From Bacteroidota bacterium (GTDB lineage: Bacteria > Bacteroidota > Bacteroidia > Chitinophagales > Chitinophagaceae), in the NCBI GenBank assembly GCA_023436425.1, contig JAEZJD010000032.1, positions 1 through 39,666 on the forward strand: 39,666 nucleotides of DNA. Direction: 5' to 3'. A program made the position numbers and the translations under genes. Below, piece by piece: positions 10,447 through 18,703 of this stretch. The first letter of the stretch is position 1, and each line of letters starts with the position of its first letter. The notes below the pieces were generated by a model. That model was not told where the DNA came from. It ran no database searches and saw only the letters and a program-made list of their open reading frames with translations.

Positions 10447-10451
10447 CCGTT

Positions 10452-11465
10452 TTATTTTTTTATTAGCTTGGCGAAGTAATGCACAGTGCGAACGAGTTGA
10501 GAAACATAGCTCATTTCATTGTCGTACCAACTTACTGTTTTCACCAACTGAGTGTCACCAAGGGTCAACACTTTCGTTTGAGTGGCGTCGAATAATGAAC
10601 CGAAATGCATTCCTATAACATCACTACTCACGATTTCATCTTCTGTGTAGCCATAGCTTTCGTTCGCAGCTGCTTTCATCGCACCGTTTATCTCTTCTAC
10701 GCTTGTTTTTTTACCAAGAACAACCGTTAATTCTGTGAGGGAACCGGTTAACGTAGGGACACGCTGAGCGGTGCCATCAAGCTTTCCTTTGAGCGATGGC
10801 AACACCAATCCGATTGCTTTTGCAGCACCCGTGCTGTTTGGAACAATATTCTGCGCTGCTGCTCTTGCTCTTCTTAAATCACCTTTGGGGTGCGGAGCGT
10901 CTTGCGTATTCTGATCGTTCGTGTAGGCGTGAACGGTAGTCATCAACCCGGCAACAATGCCGAAACTGTCATCCAAAACTTTAGCCATTGGTGCCAGACA
11001 GTTGGTGGTACATGATGCACAGCTGATTATAGTTTCGCTGCCATCCAGTATGTCGTGGTTTACATTAAAGACAATCGTCTTCAAGTCTCCAGTTGCAGGG
11101 GCTGAGATTACAACTTTTTTTGCACCCGCCTGAAGGTGAGCTTCAGCTTTTGTTTTATCGGTGAAAAAACCTGTACACTCCAGCACCACATCTACATCAT
11201 TATCCTTCCACGGAATATCTGCAGGGTTTTTCTGCGCATAGATCTTTATTTCTTCACCATTAACGATGATGGAATTATCTGTTGCCTTTACTTCTTGTTC
11301 AAATCTGCCTTGCGCACTATCGTATTTCAACAGGTGAGCTAAGACTTTTGGACTGGTAAGATCATTAACTGCTACAACATCTATCCCTTCCATGTTGTAA
11401 ATCTGGCGGTAAACCAGACGGCCTATTCTGCCAAAGCCATTGATGGCAACTTTTACTGTACTCAT
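10452..11465 (-). CDS. gap: Type I glyceraldehyde-3-phosphate dehydrogenase
   Basis: [19 protein letters not shown] catalytic motif, SWYDNE. Confidence 0.98.
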   Translation of the reverse strand: MSTVKVAINGFGRIGRLVYRQIYNMEGIDVVAVNDLTSPKVLAHLLKYDSAQGRFEQEVKATDNSIIVNGEEIKIYAQKNPADIPWKDNDVDVVLECTGFFTDKTKAEAHLQAGAKKVVISAPATGDLKTIVFNVNHDILDGSETIISCASCTTNCLAPMAKVLDDSFGIVAGLMTTVHAYTNDQNTQDAPHPKGDLRRARAAAQNIVPNSTGAAKAIGLVLPSLKGKLDGTAQRVPTLTGSLTELTVVLGKKTSVEEINGAMKAAANESYGYTEDEIVSSDVIGMHFGSLFDATQTKVLTLGDTQLVKTVSWYDNEMSYVSQLVRTVHYFAKLIKK

Positions 11466-11622
11466 TTCTTTTATTTTTTTTGCGGGGCGAAGTTACGCCT
11501 TTGACGAACAAAAGACATGATCTTGATCTGCCTGAAAATCAGTGATTTTACATTCTTTTTGAGGAGAAGATGACAGCGAGGAAGTTTTCGACTCCCTCTG
11601 AAACAACAGTGAGGAGAAGCAG

Positions 11623-12096
11623 TTAGTTCACGGCTTTGTTAGCGCAACTGCTGCTGGCAAACGCTTCGGGTTTGGCTTTGAAGGCAAAGCCCATCCCCAG
11701 GATGTACCCCATTGCTTCTTTTAAAGCATCGTTGCTTTTGAAGTTGGGATTGGTGTTAATGTCGGCATGTACTTCCATATCTACTTCATAAAAAGTAAAA
11801 AGATCGCACAATTCGTAGGCGATCTCTATGCTTTTAGCAACTTCAACCAACATTCTTTCCTTAATGGAATACTGCTGGCGGGTTCGTTCGTTGTGTATGA
11901 ACATAAACCCGCCACGACCTTCCCGGAGAAAGACGATAACAGTTGCGAATTCTGTCTCAGAACCCTTAACCTGGGAATCCGTGCCGATGCAAACTTTTAA
12001 GTGAAATCCTGCTTCCGATTCACGCTTTATTGCATTTTCAACAGCGTCGTAAATCGGGAGCTCCAGCGATTCACCATTGAACTTTCGCCATCGCAT
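11623..12096 (-). CDS. RNase H-like YkuK/DUF458 family protein
   Basis: CIGTDSQ, EVAKSIE, EVHADIN and KPEAFASSSCA motifs. ATG at 12096 (MRWRKFNG) is preferred over the TTG at 12114. Confidence 0.82.
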   Translation of the reverse strand: MRWRKFNGESLELPIYDAVENAIKRESEAGFHLKVCIGTDSQVKGSETEFATVIVFLREGRGGFMFIHNERTRQQYSIKERMLVEVAKSIEIAYELCDLFTFYEVDMEVHADINTNPNFKSNDALKEAMGYILGMGFAFKAKPEAFASSSCANKAVN

Positions 12097-12130
12097 AAAA
12101 AAAGGTTTTCCCAATTTACGGAAAAACCTT
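12097..12130 (-). terminator. Intrinsic terminator downstream of the metalloprotease gene
   Basis: Minus strand AAGGTTTTTCC-GTAAATT-GGGAAAACCTT (11-bp stem with one G-U) then TTTTT. Confidence 0.6.
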
Positions 12131-12165
12131 AGCTCGAAAAGAGTACGGATTGTAAAACTTGTTAA

Positions 12166-13758
12166 CTATTGTTTATAAAACTTCTCAGCGAATTTCTGCG
12201 AACCGAGCACATATTGAATAATGTAAATCCCACTTCCTGTTGCGGGTGCATTGATAGTATTTATTCCGGGCGAAAGACTTCCTTTTGTAATAGTTCGTCC
12301 ATTGAAATCATACACCGCGTATGTGCATGCCGCCGGACTGGTGACAGACATTGAATTTCCAACCATGTTGCCGACCAGATGCGGCCGAACTGTTAGTAGT
12401 TCGTTTTTCAAAGCAATAATGTTGGAGAAGTATTGCTTGCCGTCATCGAACTTAACCTTAAGCCGGTAGTAAATGGTACCGTTAACTTGTGGCGAATAGT
12501 CGTAACGTCTTGTTGCGTTCCCAACGCCGGTTATTGACTCAAACATTTTTCCATCGGTCGAAAATTCCACCATTTGTTCAATTATATTTTCATCTGCTAC
12601 AATCTCCCAGTTTAGTTTATGAACACCATTTTGTGTAATGCCGCTAAGCTCCAGCTTATGTAGCGGCAGAATAGCCGCAGCCGCATAAGTCGCGTTTAAA
12701 GCATACGAACCAAGACTGGCGTAATTGGGAGCATAAACATTTCCCATGCCTCTAACGCGTAGGAAGTAGTCGCCTTCATTTAGCGTAGTATCTATTGTTG
12801 CACTTAGAACATTCATCGGATTGTATGTAGCAATAACTGCTCCTGCACTATTTAATATTTCCACCTGCAAATCCAGATCGGAACCACTATTTCCGGACGC
12901 AACGCTGAAAGGCAAAGCGTCTACGTGTAACCTGCCCTTCACAGGAAGGCTGACTTTTAAAATATCAACGTCATTGTTTCTTTCTATTATGCCTGCAAGG
13001 GAAAATTTATTGTTATTGAAAGTGGCAGCTGTTGCGTTCGCAATTTCGTTGGCGTAATCATCCTCTCGATAGCCAAACCCGTTCATTTCACTTGTGATGA
13101 TGCCGAGATCGTCTTGAATGCTGGAACATCCTGTCGGGTCGGCGCCGTTGTTCCATAGCGTGAGGTTTTGTGAGTACCCGGCTCCCATGATCGGTGCCCA
13201 GCCGATTTCGCCGGCACCTTTTCCATAATTGTAATCAGCAATTTTTGTACAGTTGTTATCGTATGCTGCCTGATGGCGAAGCCCTAGTGTGTGTCCTGCT
13301 TCATGGGCTGTAGCTTCTGCCACATTCTTAGCATTAAAGTTTAACAGCGATGTGAAAACGAATGCCGGAGTATTATCGCCCCAGCTGAAGGAGTTTACAA
13401 ACGAAACACCACCTGCAGTTCCATACCATTCGTAAGATGTAGTCAGTATAATTCGAATTCGGCGATCAGTCGGTGCCGCATTGTATTTTTCCAGTTCCGT
13501 AGTCACATTGAGGTTGAAGGGGCGGTAATCTTCTGCCACGCGATTGAAAACTTCTGCAATTTGTGTGGCATTCATGCCAGACGGAGCACAGGTGACAGGT
13601 CCACCACTGTTCCAACTTGTTCCGTTAACATTTTGGCCGTCAAAGTCCAGGTAAATAACAGCAGATGCTGACGGATAGCTGTTAAGCACCGGAACCTGGG
13701 CAGAAACAAAAGAAGTGCAAATGATTGCACCAAAAAATAGGGTGTAGAGGTTTTTCAT
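12166..13758 (-). CDS. Secreted zinc metalloprotease (metzincin, reprolysin-like) with a PPC-like domain and a probable T9SS C-terminal domain
   Basis: Signal peptide, IYLDFDG, HEAGHTLGLRH zinc motif, APIMG Met-turn, DVD...DLDL...GDYFLRV PPC-like region, C-terminal GIYIIQY...KFYKQ. Confidence 0.88.
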   Translation of the reverse strand: MKNLYTLFFGAIICTSFVSAQVPVLNSYPSASAVIYLDFDGQNVNGTSWNSGGPVTCAPSGMNATQIAEVFNRVAEDYRPFNLNVTTELEKYNAAPTDRRIRIILTTSYEWYGTAGGVSFVNSFSWGDNTPAFVFTSLLNFNAKNVAEATAHEAGHTLGLRHQAAYDNNCTKIADYNYGKGAGEIGWAPIMGAGYSQNLTLWNNGADPTGCSSIQDDLGIITSEMNGFGYREDDYANEIANATAATFNNNKFSLAGIIERNNDVDILKVSLPVKGRLHVDALPFSVASGNSGSDLDLQVEILNSAGAVIATYNPMNVLSATIDTTLNEGDYFLRVRGMGNVYAPNYASLGSYALNATYAAAAILPLHKLELSGITQNGVHKLNWEIVADENIIEQMVEFSTDGKMFESITGVGNATRRYDYSPQVNGTIYYRLKVKFDDGKQYFSNIIALKNELLTVRPHLVGNMVGNSMSVTSPAACTYAVYDFNGRTITKGSLSPGINTINAPATGSGIYIIQYVLGSQKFAEKFYKQ

Positions 13759-13803
13759 GTCTCTTACGGATTAATGTTTTCAAAGGATATTCAGACGTTG
13801 TAC

Positions 13804-14271
13804 TTACTCACTAATAAGGTCGTACAAACCTTTTTTTATCAGAACGTATTGCGTGTTCTCTTTCACGATTTCCAGAGCATCACCATTGTTTCTGTTGTAA
13901 ATTCTCCCAATGAACGAGAAGGAACCATCCCGTTTTGTTGTGCGTGTGAATGTGAGAATTGCATTGTCTCTGTTTGCCAATCGAACAACGACTGTTTTAA
14001 CAGAAGCGTCATTTGCATCTGACTTGGAAACAACTTTGCCGATGATGTGAAAGTTCTTTGCCGCAGTCGTGTTCACTGCAGTTCCAACCGGTAGATCAAG
14101 AAGACTTTCCAAACTTGCCGTTTTCAGAGGCATTTTGTCTGGTAAGTCGGTAAAGATTTTTCTTTTGTTGTAGTTAGGCTCGTTGAAAAGTTGGCGTTGA
14201 TCCTGTGCGGAAGATTGCAGAAACGAACATGCAATCACAAGCAACAGGGCTGAGGATTTCAGGCATTTCAT
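13804..14271 (-). CDS. Small secreted hypothetical protein upstream of the metalloprotease
   Basis: Signal peptide from MKCLKSSALLLVIACSFLQSSA-Q (alternative starts up to 14304). Beta-rich mature region. Ends 45 nt before the protease start, same strand. Confidence 0.8.
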   Translation of the reverse strand: MKCLKSSALLLVIACSFLQSSAQDQRQLFNEPNYNKRKIFTDLPDKMPLKTASLESLLDLPVGTAVNTTAAKNFHIIGKVVSKSDANDASVKTVVVRLANRDNAILTFTRTTKRDGSFSFIGRIYNRNNGDALEIVKENTQYVLIKKGLYDLISE

Positions 14272-14432
14272 AGAGGTTCGGTTTAGGTCTTTCATCAGAA
14301 GCATGGATTAAGTGCTTCTTTTTGGTACGCTACACAATGATTGCAATAAAATTTTTCATTTCATAGCAAATCGCAATCTTTCATGGAAAGTCTGGTAAAA
14401 GTTCTTCGTTCCTGTCGTGGATCTACGAAGTA

Positions 14433-14801
14433 TCAGTACTGATTTGTGGCGAGCATCACCAATGTGCATGCAATCACAGGCTCGATGTTCTTCTCTTTCG
14501 CTTTTTTGATTAGCTCAGCGTTTTCCGTTCCCGGATTGAAGATGATCCGTTTCGGCTGAAGATCTAAAATATAATCGTAGTATTCTGTCTGATTAGTTGG
14601 ATTTAAATACAAGGTAACAGTGTCGACGTCTTGTTCTTGAACACGATTCTTGCTGATTTCCACACCTGCAACATTGCCGATTCTTTTACCGACTGCAACC
14701 ACAGGATGTCCGTGCGCTCTAAGCTTATCAATTGCCAAATAGCTGTAGCGGGAAGGATTTGCAGATGCGCCAAGGACCAATGTTTTTTTTTGTTTAGCCA
14801 T
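14433..14801 (-). CDS. CoA-binding protein (YccU-like)
   Basis: TLVLGASANPSRYS, DTVTLYL, RIIFNPGTEN, ACTLVML. Likely start MAKQKK at 14801. Confidence 0.88.
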   Translation of the reverse strand: MAKQKKTLVLGASANPSRYSYLAIDKLRAHGHPVVAVGKRIGNVAGVEISKNRVQEQDVDTVTLYLNPTNQTEYYDYILDLQPKRIIFNPGTENAELIKKAKEKNIEPVIACTLVMLATNQY

Positions 14802-14831
14802 AACCTTTCTTTGGTAATCAAAGTACATGCC

Positions 14832-15974
14832 TCAAAACGGTTTGCCATGTGTCATTTTGATCAATGGTTTTGCCAAAAACGGAAGTAGCTTAAATGTGCT
14901 GACAAACAGGTTACTTAGCATGTTTCTTCCAAAAAATTTTTGCACCATTCTGCCGGTTTGCAACCGGCGGGCAAAGTTTTTTCTCCATTCTGCCGCGTAC
15001 CTATTTTCCAGTTGCTGAGGTGTTATTTCTCCGCCAAAAAGTTTAGAAACGAGCTCCGCACAAATCTTACCCGTATGAAGCGCAATGCTCATCCCGTTAC
15101 CGCAAAGCGGAGTTATCATTCCTGCAGCATCCCCCAGCATTAAAACGCCATTTTCAACCTGTGTTTTGCCGTTGAAGTTGATTTGTGAAATCGTCACTGG
15201 AAAATCTTTTAATATAGACATCGTAGAGAACAGCGTTGCCAGATGAACATTCCTGCAAAGAATCTCTTTTTCCAGCCGTTGAATGTCGTTGCCACATCTT
15301 TTCAGATTGTGTGCTGTCGTCATGTAACAAAGGCAAAATTTTTCATCTTCAATTTTCGAAATTCCACAGTAGCCATTTTCGAAATTATGCAAGCCAATGA
15401 TATTCGCATCCCATTCTGCTTGCACGTGATATTTAATGCCGACGTAATTATCCAGTTGCTGATCTGCATGAAAACTTCGTTTCCACTTCACATCTAAATT
15501 GCTTCGCTTTCCATACGCAGCACAACAAACTTTTGCCGCAACCGAACCGTTCCCTTTTTCTTTTGATGTAAATGCCACGACGAATGTATTCGCCTTCTTG
15601 ACGTCATCAACTTTGGTATTTTCTAAAATATGCACTCCACTACTAGTAGCGATTTGGCTTAGGTGATGATCTAAACTGTGCCGACTTATTCCAAACCCAC
15701 CCAACGGCAACTTTGTTGTGAAACTCTTGGCATTAGGTGCAGTAAGAACCAGATGTTCGATCCGCGGCAAGTCCATTTTTGTCAGGGGCACACCCAAGGC
15801 TTCTAAAAAGCTCCAGCTTTCCATGCTCACGTATTCACCACATACTTTGTGGAAAGGATACTTTTCTTTTTCCAAAACAACAACAGAATGGCCTGCTTTA
15901 GACAATAGAATTGCAGCAGAAAGACCTGAAAGTCCACCGCCGATAATGGCCACGTCGTAGTGTTTTTCAATCAT
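14832..15974 (-). CDS. FAD-dependent oxidoreductase (geranylgeranyl-reductase/aromatic hydroxylase superfamily)
   Basis: IIGGGLSG dinucleotide-binding motif, HKVCGEY, LGDAAGMITPLCGNGMS. Overlaps the methyltransferase stop. Confidence 0.88.
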   Translation of the reverse strand: MIEKHYDVAIIGGGLSGLSAAILLSKAGHSVVVLEKEKYPFHKVCGEYVSMESWSFLEALGVPLTKMDLPRIEHLVLTAPNAKSFTTKLPLGGFGISRHSLDHHLSQIATSSGVHILENTKVDDVKKANTFVVAFTSKEKGNGSVAAKVCCAAYGKRSNLDVKWKRSFHADQQLDNYVGIKYHVQAEWDANIIGLHNFENGYCGISKIEDEKFCLCYMTTAHNLKRCGNDIQRLEKEILCRNVHLATLFSTMSILKDFPVTISQINFNGKTQVENGVLMLGDAAGMITPLCGNGMSIALHTGKICAELVSKLFGGEITPQQLENRYAAEWRKNFARRLQTGRMVQKFFGRNMLSNLFVSTFKLLPFLAKPLIKMTHGKPF

Positions 15975-16677
15975 GTGAAGGACACGTTATCAGCCATCTA
16001 AAAGCCCAGCGCCAACTGCAGCTGTAATTTGTTATCTCAGCTTGATCTAGTAAGTTAATCCATTCTTTCCTCGTAAAACCTCTCAGCACCGAAATAGGCG
16101 CATCATTTTTTACGAGGTAACTTCTTGAAAAAATCGACGTCAAGAACTTAATGGAGTAAAATGCAATTGGGTGCCGATGCAAGTCATTAATGAAAAATCC
16201 AAGTGAAGAATTCGTCTTCATCCACTGCAGCATGTACACAAGCTCCTCATCCGTGAAATGGTGACAAAATAGTGAACAGAAAATTATATCCGGCTTGCTG
16301 CGGAACGTTACATTCTTAAAATCAGAATATATAAAATTAATCTCAGAATTTCTTTGTTGTTGCTGTGCAAATACGACACATTCAGGATTGATATCTATAC
16401 CTGTTAGCGATACAGGCAACTGGATGTGCTGCGCCCAATTTTTAATAGCGTGCAAATTGTCGCCGCCGCCGCAGCCGATTTCGACAATATCAAAAGTTTT
16501 GTTGAGAGAATTCGTCGTCTGAATTAATGCTACAATTCCATCCAGTGTGATGTCGTGTCCACCCAGGTGTTTGTTGATAAAACCTAACTCTTTCATATTC
16601 CTTTTAATGTCATTGAAAGGAATATCAGTTCTGTCGAGGAGTTCTTTTTGATATGAACGGTTCCTGAACGAAGGCAT
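15967..16677 (-). CDS. SAM-dependent methyltransferase
   Basis: VEIGCGGGD motif I, GIDIN, SLFCHHF, NDLHR. Start overlaps the PKS stop by 1 nt. Confidence 0.9.
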   Translation of the reverse strand: MPSFRNRSYQKELLDRTDIPFNDIKRNMKELGFINKHLGGHDITLDGIVALIQTTNSLNKTFDIVEIGCGGGDNLHAIKNWAQHIQLPVSLTGIDINPECVVFAQQQQRNSEINFIYSDFKNVTFRSKPDIIFCSLFCHHFTDEELVYMLQWMKTNSSLGFFINDLHRHPIAFYSIKFLTSIFSRSYLVKNDAPISVLRGFTRKEWINLLDQAEITNYSCSWRWAFRWLITCPSHD

Positions 16678-17759
16678 TAGTTATGTGCGGTGAAAGTTTC
16701 AATAGTAAGGCCCGGGCCGAAAGCAGCGGCAAACAACTTTTTTATTTTTTCGTTTTGATGCAAAATATTTTTCAGCACGAAAAAAATTGATGCCGATGAT
16801 GTGTTACCGACATTGCGTAGCACTTCGTACGATGGGCTCAATTGTCCATTTGTAAAGTTCAGCGACTTGTGCACTGCATCCAAAATTCGCTTGCCTCCCG
16901 GATGAATGCACCAGTGAGACACATCAGGCACGGAACACTTATCCTGCTGCAACGCTTTTGCGGCAACTTCAGCAAAATCTTCTTCAATCAATTCGGGAAC
17001 ATAGCTGCTCAACGTCATTAAAAATCCGTTCGATGAAAGCTCCCAGGCCATGTCGCGACGCCCCTTCGATACAACGTTGCTGAAAAAGCTGTCCAAACGC
17101 AAACCCTGACCGGTTTTCGAATCTCCCGTTATCAGAACGGCAGCAGAGCCATCACCAAATAACAGCGAAGACGTGATATTGTCAGCACTGGATTCTTTTT
17201 GAAAATGTATCGTGCAGAGTTCAGTACAAACAATCAGCACCTTTGCTTTCGAATCGGATTTGCAAAACGCATCGGCGATTTTTAATGCATGAATACCTGC
17301 ATAACAACCCATAAAATTGACCGAGGTGCGAAAAATATCTTTGTTCAAATCCAAAAGTTCCAAAAGCTGCAGATCTAAACCAGGGGCACTCATGCCGGTA
17401 CAGCTAACTGTGATCAGGTGTGTGATTTCATCAGTTCGATGCGTGTGACCGAGACAATCCCTTACTGCATCTACGGAAAGAAGCGGTGCTTGTTTCTGAT
17501 ACACCGAAATGCGCTGTTCCAATGTTGGGAACGGCTCCAAACCTTCGGATTGCGGGTAAAATTTCCATTCGTGCACCGGTTTGCTGTAATCACTAATTAC
17601 TGAATACCGGGCTTCAATTCCACTTTGATGATAAAGGAATTTAAGCTTTCTTTTTTCTACGTCATTCGACGAGTAAATACACTGCATGAACTGCAGAATA
17701 TCATCTTGCTTGTGACAGTAAGCCGGAACCGCGGTGCCTATCGAAACGATTTTGCTCAA
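16677..17759 (-). CDS. Type III polyketide synthase (chalcone-synthase-like)
   Basis: Catalytic triad contexts FMGCYAG (Cys), WCIHPGG (His), VGNTSS (Asn); also ELCTIHF, LFGDGSAA, AFGPGLT. Confidence 0.95.
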   Translation of the reverse strand: MSKIVSIGTAVPAYCHKQDDILQFMQCIYSSNDVEKRKLKFLYHQSGIEARYSVISDYSKPVHEWKFYPQSEGLEPFPTLEQRISVYQKQAPLLSVDAVRDCLGHTHRTDEITHLITVSCTGMSAPGLDLQLLELLDLNKDIFRTSVNFMGCYAGIHALKIADAFCKSDSKAKVLIVCTELCTIHFQKESSADNITSSLLFGDGSAAVLITGDSKTGQGLRLDSFFSNVVSKGRRDMAWELSSNGFLMTLSSYVPELIEEDFAEVAAKALQQDKCSVPDVSHWCIHPGGKRILDAVHKSLNFTNGQLSPSYEVLRNVGNTSSASIFFVLKNILHQNEKIKKLFAAAFGPGLTIETFTAHN

Positions 17760-18613
17760 TGGTACTTCATTACAAGAAATACGAAAAAAATGGTGGTACA
17801 GATGGTTGAAAGCAGATTCATTTTCAAACTATTTTCAAACGAAGCTGCACGTTCATCTCTCCAAACCCTGATCATCCAGTACAAAAAAAACAATACCACC
17901 GGACACATTATGCCGAGGAAAATGAAAAAGCTACTCAGCTGCCTTAGCTGCATGAATAAAATGTACATCAATACGTTTGCAGCCAAGAAAAGCATCATGC
18001 TAAAGATGAAGGTGTTACGTTTACCTAGCAGGTAACTGATTGTGTGAACACCGTCTTTTTTGTCTTCTTCATGCTGATAAATTTGCGTGAGCGGATACAA
18101 TGCACCCAGCAGCAAACTTGAAATAATACACGGAATAATCGGCACATTAAGCGTCTGCTCAGCATCAACAGCTTGGTAGGTAATGAAAAACACTACTGCC
18201 CCCTGGAAAATAAACACTGTTAGAAAACCAATGACAGGATACTTTTTCAGCCTAATGTTTCTGCCGCTATATGCCCTCGATGCAATGATGTAGAGCAATA
18301 TACCCAATGCAAAAACGAAGCTGACTACTACCGCTGCCCCAACGGCTACAACATCCATGATGATAGTTACATTGAAAAGTTGCTTTGTGGGTTGCATCGG
18401 GTGCTGCAAGCCACCGATAGGGGTTACATCTCTATCCATGTACGAATTGTAACCGTTACTCGATGGATATACCAGAAGATGAAGGATGCAGAACACGATT
18501 ACCGCGTTCGTCCAGTTAACCGCAGTCACCTGGCTGAGGGCAAACAAATACACCGGCAGCAAAAAAAATGAGAAATGAAACCGAAGCAGTTGTATGGTTG
18601 ATCGGCGAAGCAT
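17756..18613 (-). CDS. UbiA-family prenyltransferase
   Basis: Multi-pass membrane protein with NGYNSYMDRD, AYS...RLK and QIYQHEEDKKDG...TIS motifs. 4-nt overlap with the PKS start. Confidence 0.85.
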   Translation of the reverse strand: MLRRSTIQLLRFHFSFFLLPVYLFALSQVTAVNWTNAVIVFCILHLLVYPSSNGYNSYMDRDVTPIGGLQHPMQPTKQLFNVTIIMDVVAVGAAVVVSFVFALGILLYIIASRAYSGRNIRLKKYPVIGFLTVFIFQGAVVFFITYQAVDAEQTLNVPIIPCIISSLLLGALYPLTQIYQHEEDKKDGVHTISYLLGKRNTFIFSMMLFLAANVLMYILFMQLRQLSSFFIFLGIMCPVVLFFLYWMIRVWRDERAASFENSLKMNLLSTICTTIFFVFLVMKYH

Positions 18614-18620
18614 TGGTTTG

Positions 18621-18698
18621 AAAATGAGAAATTAAAAATTAAAAACCGTTTGGTAACAATTCAATTTGTTTTTCATTTGAATTATTAATTGTTAATTG
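18621..18698. repeat. Inverted array of degenerate 7-bp AT-rich repeats in a divergent intergenic region
   Basis: Left arm AAAATGA-GAAATTA-AAAATTA (18621-18641); right arm TTTCATT-TGAATTA-TTAATTG-TTAATTG (18671-18698). Confidence 0.55.
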
Positions 18699-18703
18699 CC
18701 TCT

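Noticed and set aside
11560..11619. Direct repeat TGAGGAGAAG twice, 50 nt apart
   Set aside because: Only two short purine-rich copies with no supporting context; could be chance.
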